This document shows, piece by piece, positions 47,698 through 59,719 of a DNA stretch of 64,000 nucleotides. This stretch comes from Lama guanicoe. Lineage: Eukaryota. The translations under genes and the position numbers were made by a program. The DNA lies in the NCBI GenBank assembly GCA_013239625.1, contig MU053487.1, forward strand, positions 949,058-1,013,057, written 5' to 3'. The notes under the pieces are model-generated. The model did not search any database and was not told where the DNA came from. It worked only from the letters and a program-made list of their open reading frames with translations. Position 1 is the first letter of the stretch, and every line of letters begins with the position of its first letter.

Positions 47698-47950
47698 AAG
47701 TTTAGGTTCCCTAAAAATTACCTGAAACAGGGATTCTTATACAATTAATTTACTGAGATAGTGATTACAGATGAAATTTGTAAGGAATGCAGGAAGCCGG
47801 ATATGGGCAGGAAGAAGCTAGGCAAAGATGCAGGTGTGACTGAAATTTAGCCCCGACCTGATCTATGGTGAATGCCACCACGGAGTCTGTCCACCGTGAG
47901 TCAAGGATGCTGGCCTTTTGTTTCTCTGTATCATCCGGTTACTGACTGAT
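47698..47950 (-). mobile_element. ERVL LTR16-type 3' fragment
   Basis: 'ttaggttccctaaaa...cctgaaacagggattctt...gtaaggaatgcaggaagccggatatgggcagg...aagctaggcaaagatg...gctggccttttgt'. Confidence 0.7.
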
Positions 47951-50079
47951 AAGACATAAAACCTTTGCAAGCAATTCATTACTCACATGGTCACAAGGAG
48001 AGAAGGCAGAATGATAGTTTAGAAAATAAATATGTGTGCAGTCATGGAGTGAGGAGGATCCTTGATTGAACTAACATTTGTAAAGAGGCAGTTATCTGCC
48101 AGCTGCTTTCTGCTGCCATTATCACATTTTAGGGAAGGGAAAATCAAGGCTTGGGGAAGTTGAGAAATGTACTGAAGAAAGTAATGGAATAAGAAAGTAC
48201 TGCTGGGTACTTGGACTCCCCGCCCTGGGCTCCTTGCTCTCTGCCCCATCATATGAATCAGTAAGAGCACCTGAGCAGAGACAGGGTTACCCATGTGAAT
48301 TAAAGGTAAAGCGGGTGATCTACAGGGAAAAGGGACACCTAATGACAATTGTCAGAAATCTGTGCAGAGTTGAGGGAGAGGCTGTAGAGGAGGGAGCTGT
48401 GCATACCACAGAGGCCTTTACGGGAGGCTGAACTCACTTCTGAACTTCTGAATCACTGTATTGCTATTTGTATTTTTGTAGACAGAGGGCTTTGTACAAT
48501 CTAGATTCTGGAAGACTGACCAGACTCCCCAAACCCTTCTTATATGACATCCTTCTTTAAAAATAAAAAGCAATAAGAAAAGCAGTATAAAAGATAGCTT
48601 AGCATATTTTTTTGGTGGATGACTTAGAGACATCCTTCAACACACTCAGAGCTGCTCCATGGATTGATATGGTGCCCACTCTGAAAGCCATCCTTAAGAC
48701 TCTGTCTTTGAGGCTCTGCCACATTCATCTCTCAAGTGCAGAGTAAGTGTTCTTCCGTGTGGCCCTGGGATGTGCCTGGGACAATAGACTGTCTAAAACT
48801 GGACCCTTAATCTTTCCAGTGACACAGTCTATATATTTATGAGTGTGGTGGGGTAGGGGAGGGAGAGAATAATCCTGTGGCTAAATAAATTTGGGAGAAA
48901 AATAATTAAACAAAGTTAACTGGATTCCTCTGACATTGTTTCTGTAAGTGTCTTAATCACACATCTGAATGTGCTCTATGAATGAAAATCTAATGGGGAT
49001 CTGGGGTATAGGGTTTCCTGAATATACTTGAAAACAGAACTCTTTTGTCAAGGTTTTAATAGGAGTAGGGCTCTGCTAAGCCAGTACCTGAGAACTCTCT
49101 TAGGAGGTGGCTGTTTTACCTCCTGCTCTTGGATTTAGAATTTTGATCCTCTTTCAAATGAACATTTCACTGGGTAAGGGCAGCACCTTCAGCTGTTGTC
49201 AGTCATTTATGCCGCTGAGTAAATTTGTTGAATCGAATCCTTGAGAAGAAGTTTTGTTCAGGGCAGTAGACACCCCAAGGGCCAAAGGGCTGGGCAGCCT
49301 AGGGTAGACAGTGAAGACTAGTTACACCTGCTGTACTTGCCTGGGGCTCTGAGAACAGAAAAAAATGCCTCTGAGTTGCAAGCATCTCAATTCAATTTTG
49401 AGACAAGATGAAAAAGCACAAAATAGTGAATTGACATTCTCTTCTGCTTCCAAATCAGCCCCAAACAAAGACATTAGAGCAAGTTGTCAGACATGCTCTC
49501 TGTCTCATTCATCTGCCCAATGGTATCAGTTAGGAGATGGGTTAATCCCATGCATTTAAATTAAACAGGAGATCTTGATGGCTCTTCTCATGCAGCAGGG
49601 AAACCCAAACGCTGATTCCAGGGAAGAGATTTCATTGTGATAGAGGCTGAAATTGAGTGGTGGGGCTACAAAGGAATGACTGGATGCTGACACTCCTGGG
49701 AAGCATTATGGGGTGGTAGAGTGGTCAATAAAGTGGGACGATTCAAGCATAAAATGCCAACTAGAAAAACTTCAAAGAGTAAGTTATAGACGTTCTATCT
49801 AAAATCCCTAGCTATCTAGTATACATACGAAGGAACAAAAGCCTTTCTAATTTATATTTAATGTACAGATTGAGAAAGGTGCCTTCATTCAGGCTGTATG
49901 TCAGATACCTAAAGCCTCCTGAGCGAATTGGGAGCCCCTGTGCATTCATTTGTTCTCAGGGTTGCCCAATGCTTAGTGGATTCTTAGCTGCTATTTAGTT
50001 TTAACCAAACCATTACTCACAAAACAGATGAATGACTTTACAAGATTTCTTCAAAGAAAAGTGTCTATTAAAGAGGATT

Positions 50080-51828
50080 AAAATTCTTTTTTTCTTTTAT
50101 AACTTTGACTCATTTATTTTGCAGCTGGAAATTTGTACTTCATCTCCATCACCTTTATTTCCTCCCCCACTCTCCTCTCCTCTGGCAACTACCTGTTTGT
50201 TTTCTAGATCTATAACTCTGTTTCTGTTTGTTCATTTGTTATATTTTTTAGATCCACATGTAAATGAAATCATGCAGTATTTGTCTTTCTCTGACTTGTT
50301 TCACTTAGCATAGTACCCTCTAGATCCAACCACATCATCATAAATGCCAAGATTTCATTCTTTTTATGGCTGAATAGTATTCCATTGTACATTTATATAC
50401 ATCACATCTTCTTTATCCATTCATCTGTTGATAGGCATTTAGGTTGCTTCCATAGCTTGGCTATTGTAAGTAGTGCTGCTATGAACATAGTGGTGCATAT
50501 ATCTTTTCTAAATAGTATTTTTTTTTTCTTTGAATAAATACCCAGGAGTGGAATTGCTGGATCATATGATAGTTCTATTTTTAATTTTTTGAGGCCCCTC
50601 TATACTGTTTTCCATAATGGCTGTACCAATTTACATTCCCATCAACAGTGCATGCAGGTTTCCTTTTCTCCACATCCTTGCCAACACTTGTTATTTGTTG
50701 TCTTTTTGATAACAGCCATTCTGATAGCTGTGAGGTGATATCTCATTGTGGTTTTGATTTGCATTTCTCTGATGATTAGTAAATCATGTTGAGCATCTTT
50801 TCATGTGTCTGTTGGCCATCTGTATGTCTTCCTTGGAAAAATGTCCACTCAGATCCTCTACGCATTTTAAAAATCAGGTTGGTTGTTTGTTTCAGTATTG
50901 AGTTGTATGAGTTCTTAACACATTTTTGGATATTAACACCTTATCATCAGATACATCATTTGCAGATATCTTCTTTCATTCTGTAGGTGGCCTTTTTGTT
51001 TTGTTGACAGTTTCCCTTGCTGTGCAAAAGCTTTTCAGTTTGAGTTAGTCCCATTTGTTTATTTTTGCTTTTGTTTCCCTTGCCTGAGGAGATATATCCA
51101 AAAAAATATTGCTAAGACCAGTGTTAAAGAGTGTACTGCCTGTTTTTTCCTATAAGTTTTATGATTTCAAGTCTTATATTTAAATCTTTAATCCATTTTG
51201 AATTTATTTTTGTGCATGATATGAGAGAATAGTTTAGTTTAATTCTTTTGTGCATAGCTGTCCAGTTTTCTCAACACCATTTATTGAAGAAGCTATCTTT
51301 TCCCCATTATATCTACTTGCTTCCTTTGTCATAATTTAATTGCCATTGTAAATATGGGTTCATTTCTGAGCTCTCTATTCTGTTCCATTGTTCCAGGTGT
51401 CTGTTTTTGTGCCAGTACCATACTGTTTTGATTACTGTAGGTTTGTAGTATAGTTTAAACTCAGGGAGTATGATACCTTCAGCTTTGTTCTTATTTCTCA
51501 AGATTGTTTTGGCTATTTGGGGATCATTTGTATTTCCACACAAATTGTAGAATTATTTATTTTGGTTCTATGAAGAATGCTATTGGTATTTTGATAGAGG
51601 TTTTATTGAATCTGTAGATTGCCTTGAGTAGTATGGTCATTTTAACAATGCTGATTCCTCCAATCCTTGCACTTGGTATACATGTCCATCTATTTGTGTT
51701 GTCTTCAATTTCTTTCATCAATGTCTTATAGTTTTCTGAGTACAGATCTTTTACCTCCTTAGTTACATTTATCTCTAGATATTTTATTCTTTTGGATGAA
51801 GTTGTAAAGCTTACATTGTAAAGATTAG
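50080..51828 (-). mobile_element. 5'-truncated L1 (ORF2 3' part + shortened 3' UTR) with 13-bp TSD
   Basis: ORF2 remnant '[49 protein letters not shown]' (ORF 51313-51543); TSD attaaagaggatt at 50067-50079 and 51829-51841. Confidence 0.95.
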
Positions 51829-51998
51829 ATTAAAGAGGATTCTAATCATGCAAACAGTAACACATGGCAAGGTGACATGGCTTCTACACCTACTTCTTCA
51901 CCAACATTATGGTATAAAAAAAACTACTGATATTCTAAAAATATCCTAAAGTAATTGGAACTTTATTTATTGGGTGTGGAGATTAACTGTTATAGGGG

Positions 51999-52240
51999 CT
52001 GTTGACCTAACATAAATAGACTGCCAGATTTTCTCTAGCAAAAATAGGCTTATTTGGGGTCAGCCAAGAATTGCAGTTTGGAGTCTGTAACCACAGGAAG
52101 CCACTTGTAAGTCCTCTGCAAAAATGAAGAGAAGGACTCTTTTATAGAGGGAAAAAGAAAGCTGGATAAAGACTCTACCAGCAAGGTGAGGTCTAACTTG
52201 GCCTGTTGCAAGAGGTGCTCTGGGTCATAGACAGTGCCAC
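51999..52240 (-). mobile_element. Probable ERV LTR fragment (family uncertain)
   Basis: 'tgttgacctaa...ggcttatttggggtcagccaagaattgca...ctcttttatagag', with antisense polyA-like and TATA-like motifs. Confidence 0.35.
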
Positions 52241-52294
52241 AAACTTGTGTGACCTCATGGCAAACAGATTGGCCTTTTGATCACTAGATCAAGC

Positions 52295-52505
52295 ATAGAT
52301 CATTGTCTCCTCCTGTGGGGGTAGGGAGGTGAGGGAGGGTTGTAACTTCCCTGGCTAGGTGGCTCCTCAGCCAGGGAGAATTTTCCAGAGACGGGGGCTG
52401 CTGTCACCCAGCCCACCATGAGGTGGACAAATTCACTTTTTCTGGAGAACTTTTTTAATGTCTTATGGCTTGTGCTAGCAACACCATATCAAGTATTTGG
52501 CTGCC
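52295..52505 (-). mobile_element. ERVL LTR16-type 5' fragment
   Basis: 'tgtaacttccctggctaggtggctcctcagccagggagaattttccagagacgggggctgctgt'. Confidence 0.55.
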
Positions 52506-52535
52506 AATAGCAAGCATTTTCTTGATAGCCCAGAG

Positions 52536-52796
52536 CAGGACTGTCAATAGAAATATAAAATGGATGTGTAATTTAAAATTTCCCAGTAGGTCCATTAAAA
52601 AAGTAAAGTGAAACAAGTAAAGTTAAGGTTAATAATACATTTCATTTTCCCTCAGCATATCCAAACATTACCATGTTGACATTGCAACATACATAAAAAT
52701 TATTTATGTTTTTTTACATTCTTATTTTTATAGTAGGCCTTTGAAATCTGGGGTGATTTTCCATGTGGTTAGTGGATACTGTATTGGACAGCACTA
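52536..52796. mobile_element. MER33/MER3-like (hAT-Charlie) MITE
   Basis: 'ctgtcaatagaaatataa...gtaatttaaaattt...cattaaaaaagtaaa...catgtggttagtggatactgtattggacagcac'. Confidence 0.8.
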
Positions 52797-52949
52797 GACC
52801 TCAGAGTCTAGATGGATGGTTGACTTTAAAGAGTCCACCTTGTTGTCACATCCTAATAAAATAATAAATTGTTTGTACTTTTCATGTATGGCATACACTT
52901 GAGGAAGTAGCATGAAGATATCGGCATATCTTTTAGGAGAAGTGGGGAA

Positions 52950-53102
52950 ATAATGGACTGTATAGTTGGGTAGACTTGGATTTAAATTCTCATTCTGCTA
53001 CTTATTAGTCTTGACAAATATATTTAACCTTAATTTATTTGAATATCAGTTTCCTCAAATGGGAAATGGGATAATGTTTTCATGGTAGGGCTGAGGATTG
53101 GA
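52950..53102 (+). mobile_element. MIR SINE
   Basis: 'agacttggatttaaattctcattctgctacttattag...tcagtttcctcaaatgggaaatggggataatg'. Confidence 0.7.
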
Positions 53103-53421
53103 GGCACACCTGTGGTTAGTGTAGCCTCACTGCTAATGAAGTTTGACCCACATGGAGAAGATATATAGATATATATTTTCTCTATCTTCTGTCTTCTCCA
53201 TCCCCCCTTTTCTTTTCTCTTTCATCATTATCGCATTTTCAATTATTTCACTTTCTTTCCTACAACGTAGCTTTTCTTTCACAAATTTTAATGAAACATT
53301 CTTGAAAGTATTGTTTTGAGGCTAGTTTCCTTAAAAACAAATATTTTCAAAGATTAAAGCTGTCTTAGAGGTTCAGTTCAAGTGTTACTTTCTTTCAGCA
53401 TGAAGATACTTGCTTGAATAG

Positions 53422-53495
53422 TTCTTTCTTTCCTTCTCTCCTTCCTTCCTTTTTCCTTCCTTCTTGTCTTCCTTGTCCCTTCCTTCCTTTCCCTA
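53422..53495 (+). repeat. CT-rich/(CCTT)n low complexity
   Basis: ttctttctttccttctctccttccttcctttttccttcctt... Confidence 0.85.
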
Positions 53496-54079
53496 CTAGC
53501 TCCTCCCAGTAAGCTCACAGTCCTCACTCTGAAATTCTTCTTAGGTTTTGGTGTTTGTTATTGTTGTAGGACAGAACCACTAAATTCATGGGTTCACAAA
53601 GAAATCTCCGCTTGGTTCAGCTCCTCGTATCTTTTTGACCAATACTTTCCTTGTAAGCATTAGGGAAAAACAAATAAACAAAAAGACCAGTCATATGATT
53701 AATACAGCAGGAAATTTTTGTTTTGCTGTTTTTTTTCCTTCTGTAGTGTGCCCCATGTTGTCACTGCTTAACAGATGGCATTGTGATTGTGTGATTGCTA
53801 TAATGAATATTAGTAATAATGCAACTGACTATGATCTCAGCCTTCTTTCCTTTGCTAACACTGAAAGGGTCCTGAAATGTTTCCAATTTAGTTCACAGAC
53901 TTCTTTTTAAGTTAGTTTATTCACCACATGACTAAATACCCTGGGGAAGAGCACCAGCCAAATCTCTGTGTGCTATGCAACCAGCAGCTGTCCTATATAT
54001 ACAGAATTCTCTATATACTTTGCAAATGTGCCCACAGTTCACAGATCAGCTAAAATAATTATTCTCTCTATAGCCCAGA

Positions 54080-54208
54080 GAAATGTTGTCTAATAGAAAT
54101 GTAATGGGAACCACACATGTAATTAAAATTTTTCTAGTAGCCACATTAAAAAGTAAAAAGAAACAGGCAAAATTAATTTTAATAATACATTTTATTTAAT
54201 CCAATAAA
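54080..54208. mobile_element. MER33-like fragment
   Basis: 'tgtctaatagaaatgtaatgggaaccacacatgtaattaaaatttttctagtagccacattaaaaagtaaaaagaaacagg'; colinear with the 52536 copy. Confidence 0.8.
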
Positions 54209-55164
54209 AAACAGCTTTTCTCAGTACATCTATGGCCATCCATAATGACCCTGCCTAAGTTTCCTCATGAACAAAATAAAAATTGCACGCTGAGTGAATT
54301 GCAGAAGTCAAGCTCCATTTCAGTGAACAGCGCTTGATAGACAACTTCTCCATCTGAGCATGAGATGGTCAAAGTAAGATTTGACCTATGCTAATTAAGG
54401 TGGTCAGGTTCATATAAGTCTCACATCTGGAGTTTGTGTAGGAGGGCCGAAAGTCATGCTTGGACAAGGAAAGAGCTAGTTAATGATCATATTTAAAGGT
54501 CATTCATTTACTTTTCCAACAGCCTAGTGACATTTATCCTAAGTCACTTAAGAAATGTTATAAAATGTCACCGATTTATGTAGCATTGCCATATGGAGGC
54601 CTTAGATCTTAAGATTGGTCTGTACAGAACTGTGACTCTATATTGCTGTTGATAATATAATTAGAGGAAACTGTTTAGCTAGAACAGGAGGTTGGTATCA
54701 ATGTTTTTACAGCTTAGCTCTAATTAATACTCTAATTTCCTGGAGAATATATAGAACTCCATGCTGATTTATTAGTAGAATCAGAAAATATTGCTGTGGT
54801 CCATTAAAATATGGTACAGGATAGGAGCACAGAGTGGCCCGCTAAGATCTTATACCAGAGAATGACACAGGTATGAGGCAAGGGATGAATTCAGGGGACT
54901 GAATTGTTGGTGCTCTCTTAATATTTGCCATGACTATAAAAATAAAAAGATGAGGTCCAAGTAGGACATGGACTAACTACCCAAGGGTTTTTTGGAAATG
55001 GGTGGAACGAAAGAGGCAGACTCAACAGATGTTCAGTAGTGATAATCAACAGGACTTAGCAGAGCTGGAGGAGGGATAGCCCTCCCAGGGTTCCTGACTT
55101 AGAGGTTGTTCACCAAGCAGAGAGTATCAGAATGGGCTCCGTTTAGGTAATGTTCAGTGTGACA

Positions 55165-55622
55165 TGGGATCCTATGTATTCCTCAAATCTCTTTCTTTTT
55201 CTAGCTGGCCATGGCAAGACCATTTCTCATTCTTTCCTTCATTGAGAAGGATTGTGGTACTGAATTCAGGTCAATGGGATTCTGTTAGAACTGAAATATG
55301 CCACTTCCAGACCTGAGCCCTCAGGTATGATCTTGTATGCACTTTCTCTCATCATCAGCTCAGTAGATGCAGTGGATTCAGCAGAAGACTTTGAGCCCAG
55401 GGGATAGGAAAGCTGCTGAATGGAAGGAATTTGTGTCCTTGAATAGAGGACATTGAATGGAGGTTCATTGGCCAGTGGAGGTCCTTGAATGTCCTTGGAG
55501 GAGCAGAAACTACTTTCCCTCACCAGCCCTATATTGGACTGTGAAATGAGTGAGAAAAAAAAACCCTTATAATCTTAAAATTTGGAGGTTATTTGTTTTT
55601 GCATTTAGCATACCATGACTAG
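55165..55622 (+). mobile_element. MaLR MLT1J/K-like solo LTR
   Basis: 'gactgaattcaggtcaatgg...tgccacttccagacctg...ggactgtgaaatgagtgagaaa...tttggaggttatttgtt...tagcataccatgact'. Confidence 0.7.
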
Positions 55623-55959
55623 TAAACTTGGATTGAGGTCTTCATGAGAGAACCAAACAGCTAGAAATCATGGTTCTGGGCTGAGACTCAAAGGTCATGA
55701 GATAAGAATGGGGATTAACAGTTGTCTTTCCTCTCCATCCCCTTACCTACAGGTCTCCTCTGCATCCCTGCTGGACTTACTTTTCTTGGTGAATTATATA
55801 ACCTGCCTCTTAGTCCCTCAGATCCAAGGCTCGACTGTCATTCTGTGCTTCTCCCTTGTCATCCATATTCACGGTGACTGACTCTGCTAGTTTGCCTCTT
55901 TCTCATTGCATGCATCTACTTTCCCGTGTCTTTTCATCCCCCTGCTCTTTCTCTCATCA

Positions 55960-56092
55960 GTTGTTTGTTGGAGGGGGCCTTGTCCTGTGTGTTGTGGGAT
56001 GTTTACCAGCATCACTTGCCTTGCTAGTTGTCTGTAGCACATCCTCACTAGTTGTCACAACCAGAAATGTCTTCAGAGGATGCCAGACATCT
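55960..56092. mobile_element. MER20 (hAT-Charlie) fragment
   Basis: 'tgtcctgtgtgttgtgggatgtttaccagcatc...agttgtcacaaccagaaatgtcttcaga...tgccaga'. Confidence 0.8.
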
Positions 56093-57039
56093 TCTGTTAA
56101 GACTCCAGAGACTTCGAACACTTAGAGTTAAGTCTTAAGAATTCTTTAGAGGATGAGAATGGGAGATTTTTCATTTCTGATGGCCTTCAAGGGAATTCTC
56201 AGGCTCTAGAAGCAAACAAATTTCAGCAACAAAATAAAAGACAAAGTTAACATATTTGACAATGCAAGCTTCATTGGACTAAGTGTAATTTCTTTTAAAG
56301 TAACCTCTCATGGCAATTATGTTCTTTGAGATAACACTTATTAAGATCCAAGTGTTCAGATATAATTTTCAAAAATATTTGTCCTTTATACACACATACT
56401 CCATGTACCCATCCAGATTAGCTGGCAATCTTAGCTATAGGGAGCACAGAGTGACTCCAAGACTGAAATAATCACCAGTTCACCTTAGTACATGGTGGCT
56501 GAGGTAACTGTGGTCTTATGAGGTTTGCCCACACAACTAGCGCTGTTTATCCTATGTATTTTTTGCCTCCGAAAAGTCTTATTTTTCTGTATTTCTGTTG
56601 ACCAGTGAGTAGGAGATTACATTTAGACGAAGAAGCTGAAACTCTGTAGAGTTAGTTAACTAACCCTGAATTTGAAGCTCAGTCTAGAAGAGTAATCTTG
56701 CCCACCTCACTTCACCTGGGCTGCCCTCTAATTGCCTTGCCTGTGCTTACAATTTCCTCGTTTAATTGAAGCTTGAGTCAATTCTTTGAGGTGCTCCAGG
56801 AGGGAAATGTGGCCTGGTAGAGCTGAAAGGGATCATCAGTGGAATCACACACAATAATTTCTGGAGTAAAATCCAAGCAAGTTGAAGGCACATACTTTTT
56901 AAAATGGGAAACATGAAAACTGTTGGTTGTCAAACTCATGAGTTGAGCACATGGGAAATGCCTTTAATAATGCTCTCACGAGCTGCTGTAGGAGGCAGCC
57001 TCAGCCCAGCTCCTCAGAAGCATCGCCTGACGTGCCCGA

Positions 57040-57390
57040 TAGCCATGCCAGATTCCTTGGATACCTTGGAATACAGTGCATTTTCTCCTGTTGTGATCAT
57101 CTTCCCAGAATACCCTTCCCCTTTGTCTACCTGGTGAATTTCACTCATCCTTTAGAAAACTTCTGTGCTTCCTCCTCACTGAAGCACTGCTGATGGCCTA
57201 GGTAGTTACTTCCTTCTGTAGTTTCCTATGTTACACAATTTGGAAATTTGCTGTCTTGGAATTACTAATTAATTATCTGTGGTTTTTCCAACACTGGTTG
57301 TGAACTCTGAAGACGGCACCATGTTTCTTTGCCTCTGTACTTCTGTTCAGCATTGTATCCTCATGCGGTGTAGTCATCAGTGATAAACTT
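57040..57390 (+). mobile_element. L2 3' fragment
   Basis: 'ctacctggtgaatttcactcatccttt...tgtgaactctgaagacggcaccatgt...tgcctctgtac'. Confidence 0.55.
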
Positions 57391-58399
57391 TATTTCTCAG
57401 AGAGGGCAGGTTTAAGTGACCTAGTAGCAAAGGGCAGGCAAGAGGGCTCGGCACCCACTTTGAATGATCTTGTAGAGAAGGATGCTCCTGCCGTAACACC
57501 AACTCACCCACCATGTGATGCCCTTGTTGGCTGACTTAACTAGTAGTAATTTCCACACATTGAGCATCAGAATCGAACCAGTTCTTCCACTGAGCTCATT
57601 CAGCAGGTTTGAGTCTGCCCTTGGGGCTTTGTCAGTAACTTCAACTGTGCATAGTTTCTGGGGAGCAAGAAGCACATTGGAAGAACAAGACACAGGTTTA
57701 TACCTACTTGAGAGGCATGTTTAAGGAGACATTTTATTTTTCACTCTTTCCTTCACTATAAGAGTCTAGCTGGTGAAGATAGCATGCCGCATTTAGGCTG
57801 TGCTTGCATGTACGTGAGAGTGATTTTGGACATACCAACCCTGAGTCCCTCTGACTCATTCTGGCAGCTGTTTTTCTTTCCTGGTTGGGTTCAGGAGTAC
57901 TTCTGCCAGCCATGAAGGAAAAGTGCCTCTAATAAATGCTGCCCTGGCCAGTGACCTTTACCAGGAGTCATCTGTTACTATGACATGAGCTGGCACGTGT
58001 GAGAAAGCCTGCACAGAAATGTGTTGGGGAGGATGGAACAGAGCGGGAAGAGGAGAAATGACCAACCAGGAATGCAGTTGCGGGGGGATGGTGGCTCCGG
58101 GGATCTGGAGTGTTTTCAGGCTCTGATTTCCTGGAGCAGGTGGGTGGGAAGAAAAGGATCAAAGGGACAACTTATCCCCTCCCCACTGCCTGCTCCATGG
58201 TTGGCCAGCTCCAGTGCTCCCAGCATTCTTCTTGGCTTTTTACTGTAAACAAGCTTTGAGTCATCTGCTGCTCAAGGCAGGAGCAACAGCAAAAAAAAAA
58301 AAAAAAACATTCTGAACTGTTAGTAAAACGCTCATCCCTCTGAGCTCAAAGGTGGGTTTAGGTTTTGGAGGCTGGCTGCTTGTATAGTTAGTTTGTGTG

Positions 58400-59520
58400 T
58401 ATGTGCATACACGTGTATGTAGGTCTCTTAAATAACATTTGAAATACAAAATTTGGTTTAAAAATAAATAATTCCTTTAATGAGAAAATAAATTATACAA
58501 ATTATAACTTTAAAGCACTGAAAAACATCACAAATACATAAAACCCAGGAAACATAGTTTTATTGATTACCTGCCAATTTTTATTATTTAATAATAAATA
58601 ATATATTATTATTTATATTATTATTATTATATATTAATATATATTATTATTATTATTATTAAATAATATATATATTTAAGCATGCATATCTTTAAGATAT
58701 ATATATTTATGTATGTGGATAATTCTATAAAATATACAGAATTATTCTGAAATTAAGGCATAAGTAATTACAAGTAAATACATTCAAACTGTTGCCACAT
58801 TGTATTGAGATCCATAATTATGTAATCAAATAACTCACATCTATTGACATATTCATAAACATGTGTAGGTGGTTTGTCGTTGTTTCTTCAGGTGGATTTG
58901 TGGTATCAGAGGCCTTCTCGTATGCCTTTTTGTCTGAAATCACCAGAATTTGTTCGATGTATTGGATATACTAAGATCCAATATAATTAAGTGGGACACA
59001 TAAAACATGCACTTGACACAGGGCTATATCCATTGTCCGGAGCACTGCTACAGGTTTGTATTTATAAACCCGGCGATTTAGTTTGATATATTCAATTTTG
59101 CATAATTCCCATCGGTACAGAATGTATTTATAATTGTTCAAGATACATTAACAAGTATATTCCTGATAGGAGAACATTTTCATTTTGACCTGGGATTGAT
59201 TAGAATGAAATCCTTTGCTTACAGATTTACGTGTCTGTTAATTGGAAGAGATTTCCACAAACTAGCTTCTGCCTCTGCAGATTTTAAACCATTTTTTTTC
59301 TAGATTGAGAAATAAAGGTGACCACCCTAATGTCACTCCACACGAGAGAGCAGAGACAGAAATTTTAAGCAATTGTGGTTTAAACTTCTTACTTTTGCGA
59401 ATTTTACAAAAGCTTAAGATCTTGTGAACACATTACTGTAGCTCTTCTCAGGGCTTTGGGAGAACCCTGTACAAGTGAAATTCTCTGAAGATTAAGTTTC
59501 ATTACCATCATCAGATTCTC
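58400..59520. mobile_element. Zaphod-like (hAT-Tip100) DNA transposon fossil
   Basis: Resembles recalled Zaphod/MER115 text: 'tccacaaactagcttctg', 'tcttacttttgcgaattttacaaaa...gtgaacacatt...cagggctttgg...tacaagtga...ctgaagattaagtttcatta'. Confidence 0.6.
58577..58712. repeat. AT-rich (TTA/TA)n low-complexity tract
   Basis: About 100 bp almost devoid of G/C. Confidence 0.9.
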
Positions 59521-59700
59521 CTTGGTTTGAGCTAGAGGTCTATGGATTATCTAACTTGCTGATTGTAGCTGATTTTAGCTTTGAGTTTCATCATCCATTT
59601 CATTAATGCATGAACTAAGGTTTTCATTCATATTTCATTCATTTGATTGTCTAGCATTTATATACTGTTGTAGTATGTACTGGTACCCACTGTGTGATGT

Positions 59701-59719
59701 GACAGACAGACAGACAGAC
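59701..59719 (+). repeat. (GACA)n short microsatellite
   Basis: gacagacagacagacagac. Confidence 0.85.

Noticed and set aside
51313..51543. ORF with clear protein similarity
   Set aside because: It is a decayed L1 ORF2 fragment flanked by stops and frameshifts, and is annotated as part of the mobile element.
47698..52505. LTR16 fragments as two LTRs of a provirus or one split LTR
   Set aside because: There is no gag/pol-like internal sequence and kilobases of apparently unique DNA lie between them, so independent fragments are more likely.
56651..56664. 14-bp palindrome gttagttaactaac
   Set aside because: It lies within a decayed MIR-like fragment, and there is no other support for function.
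56718..56737. Second CTCF-like site on the minus strand (gcaattagagggcagc)
   Set aside because: It has mismatches at two highly conserved core positions.
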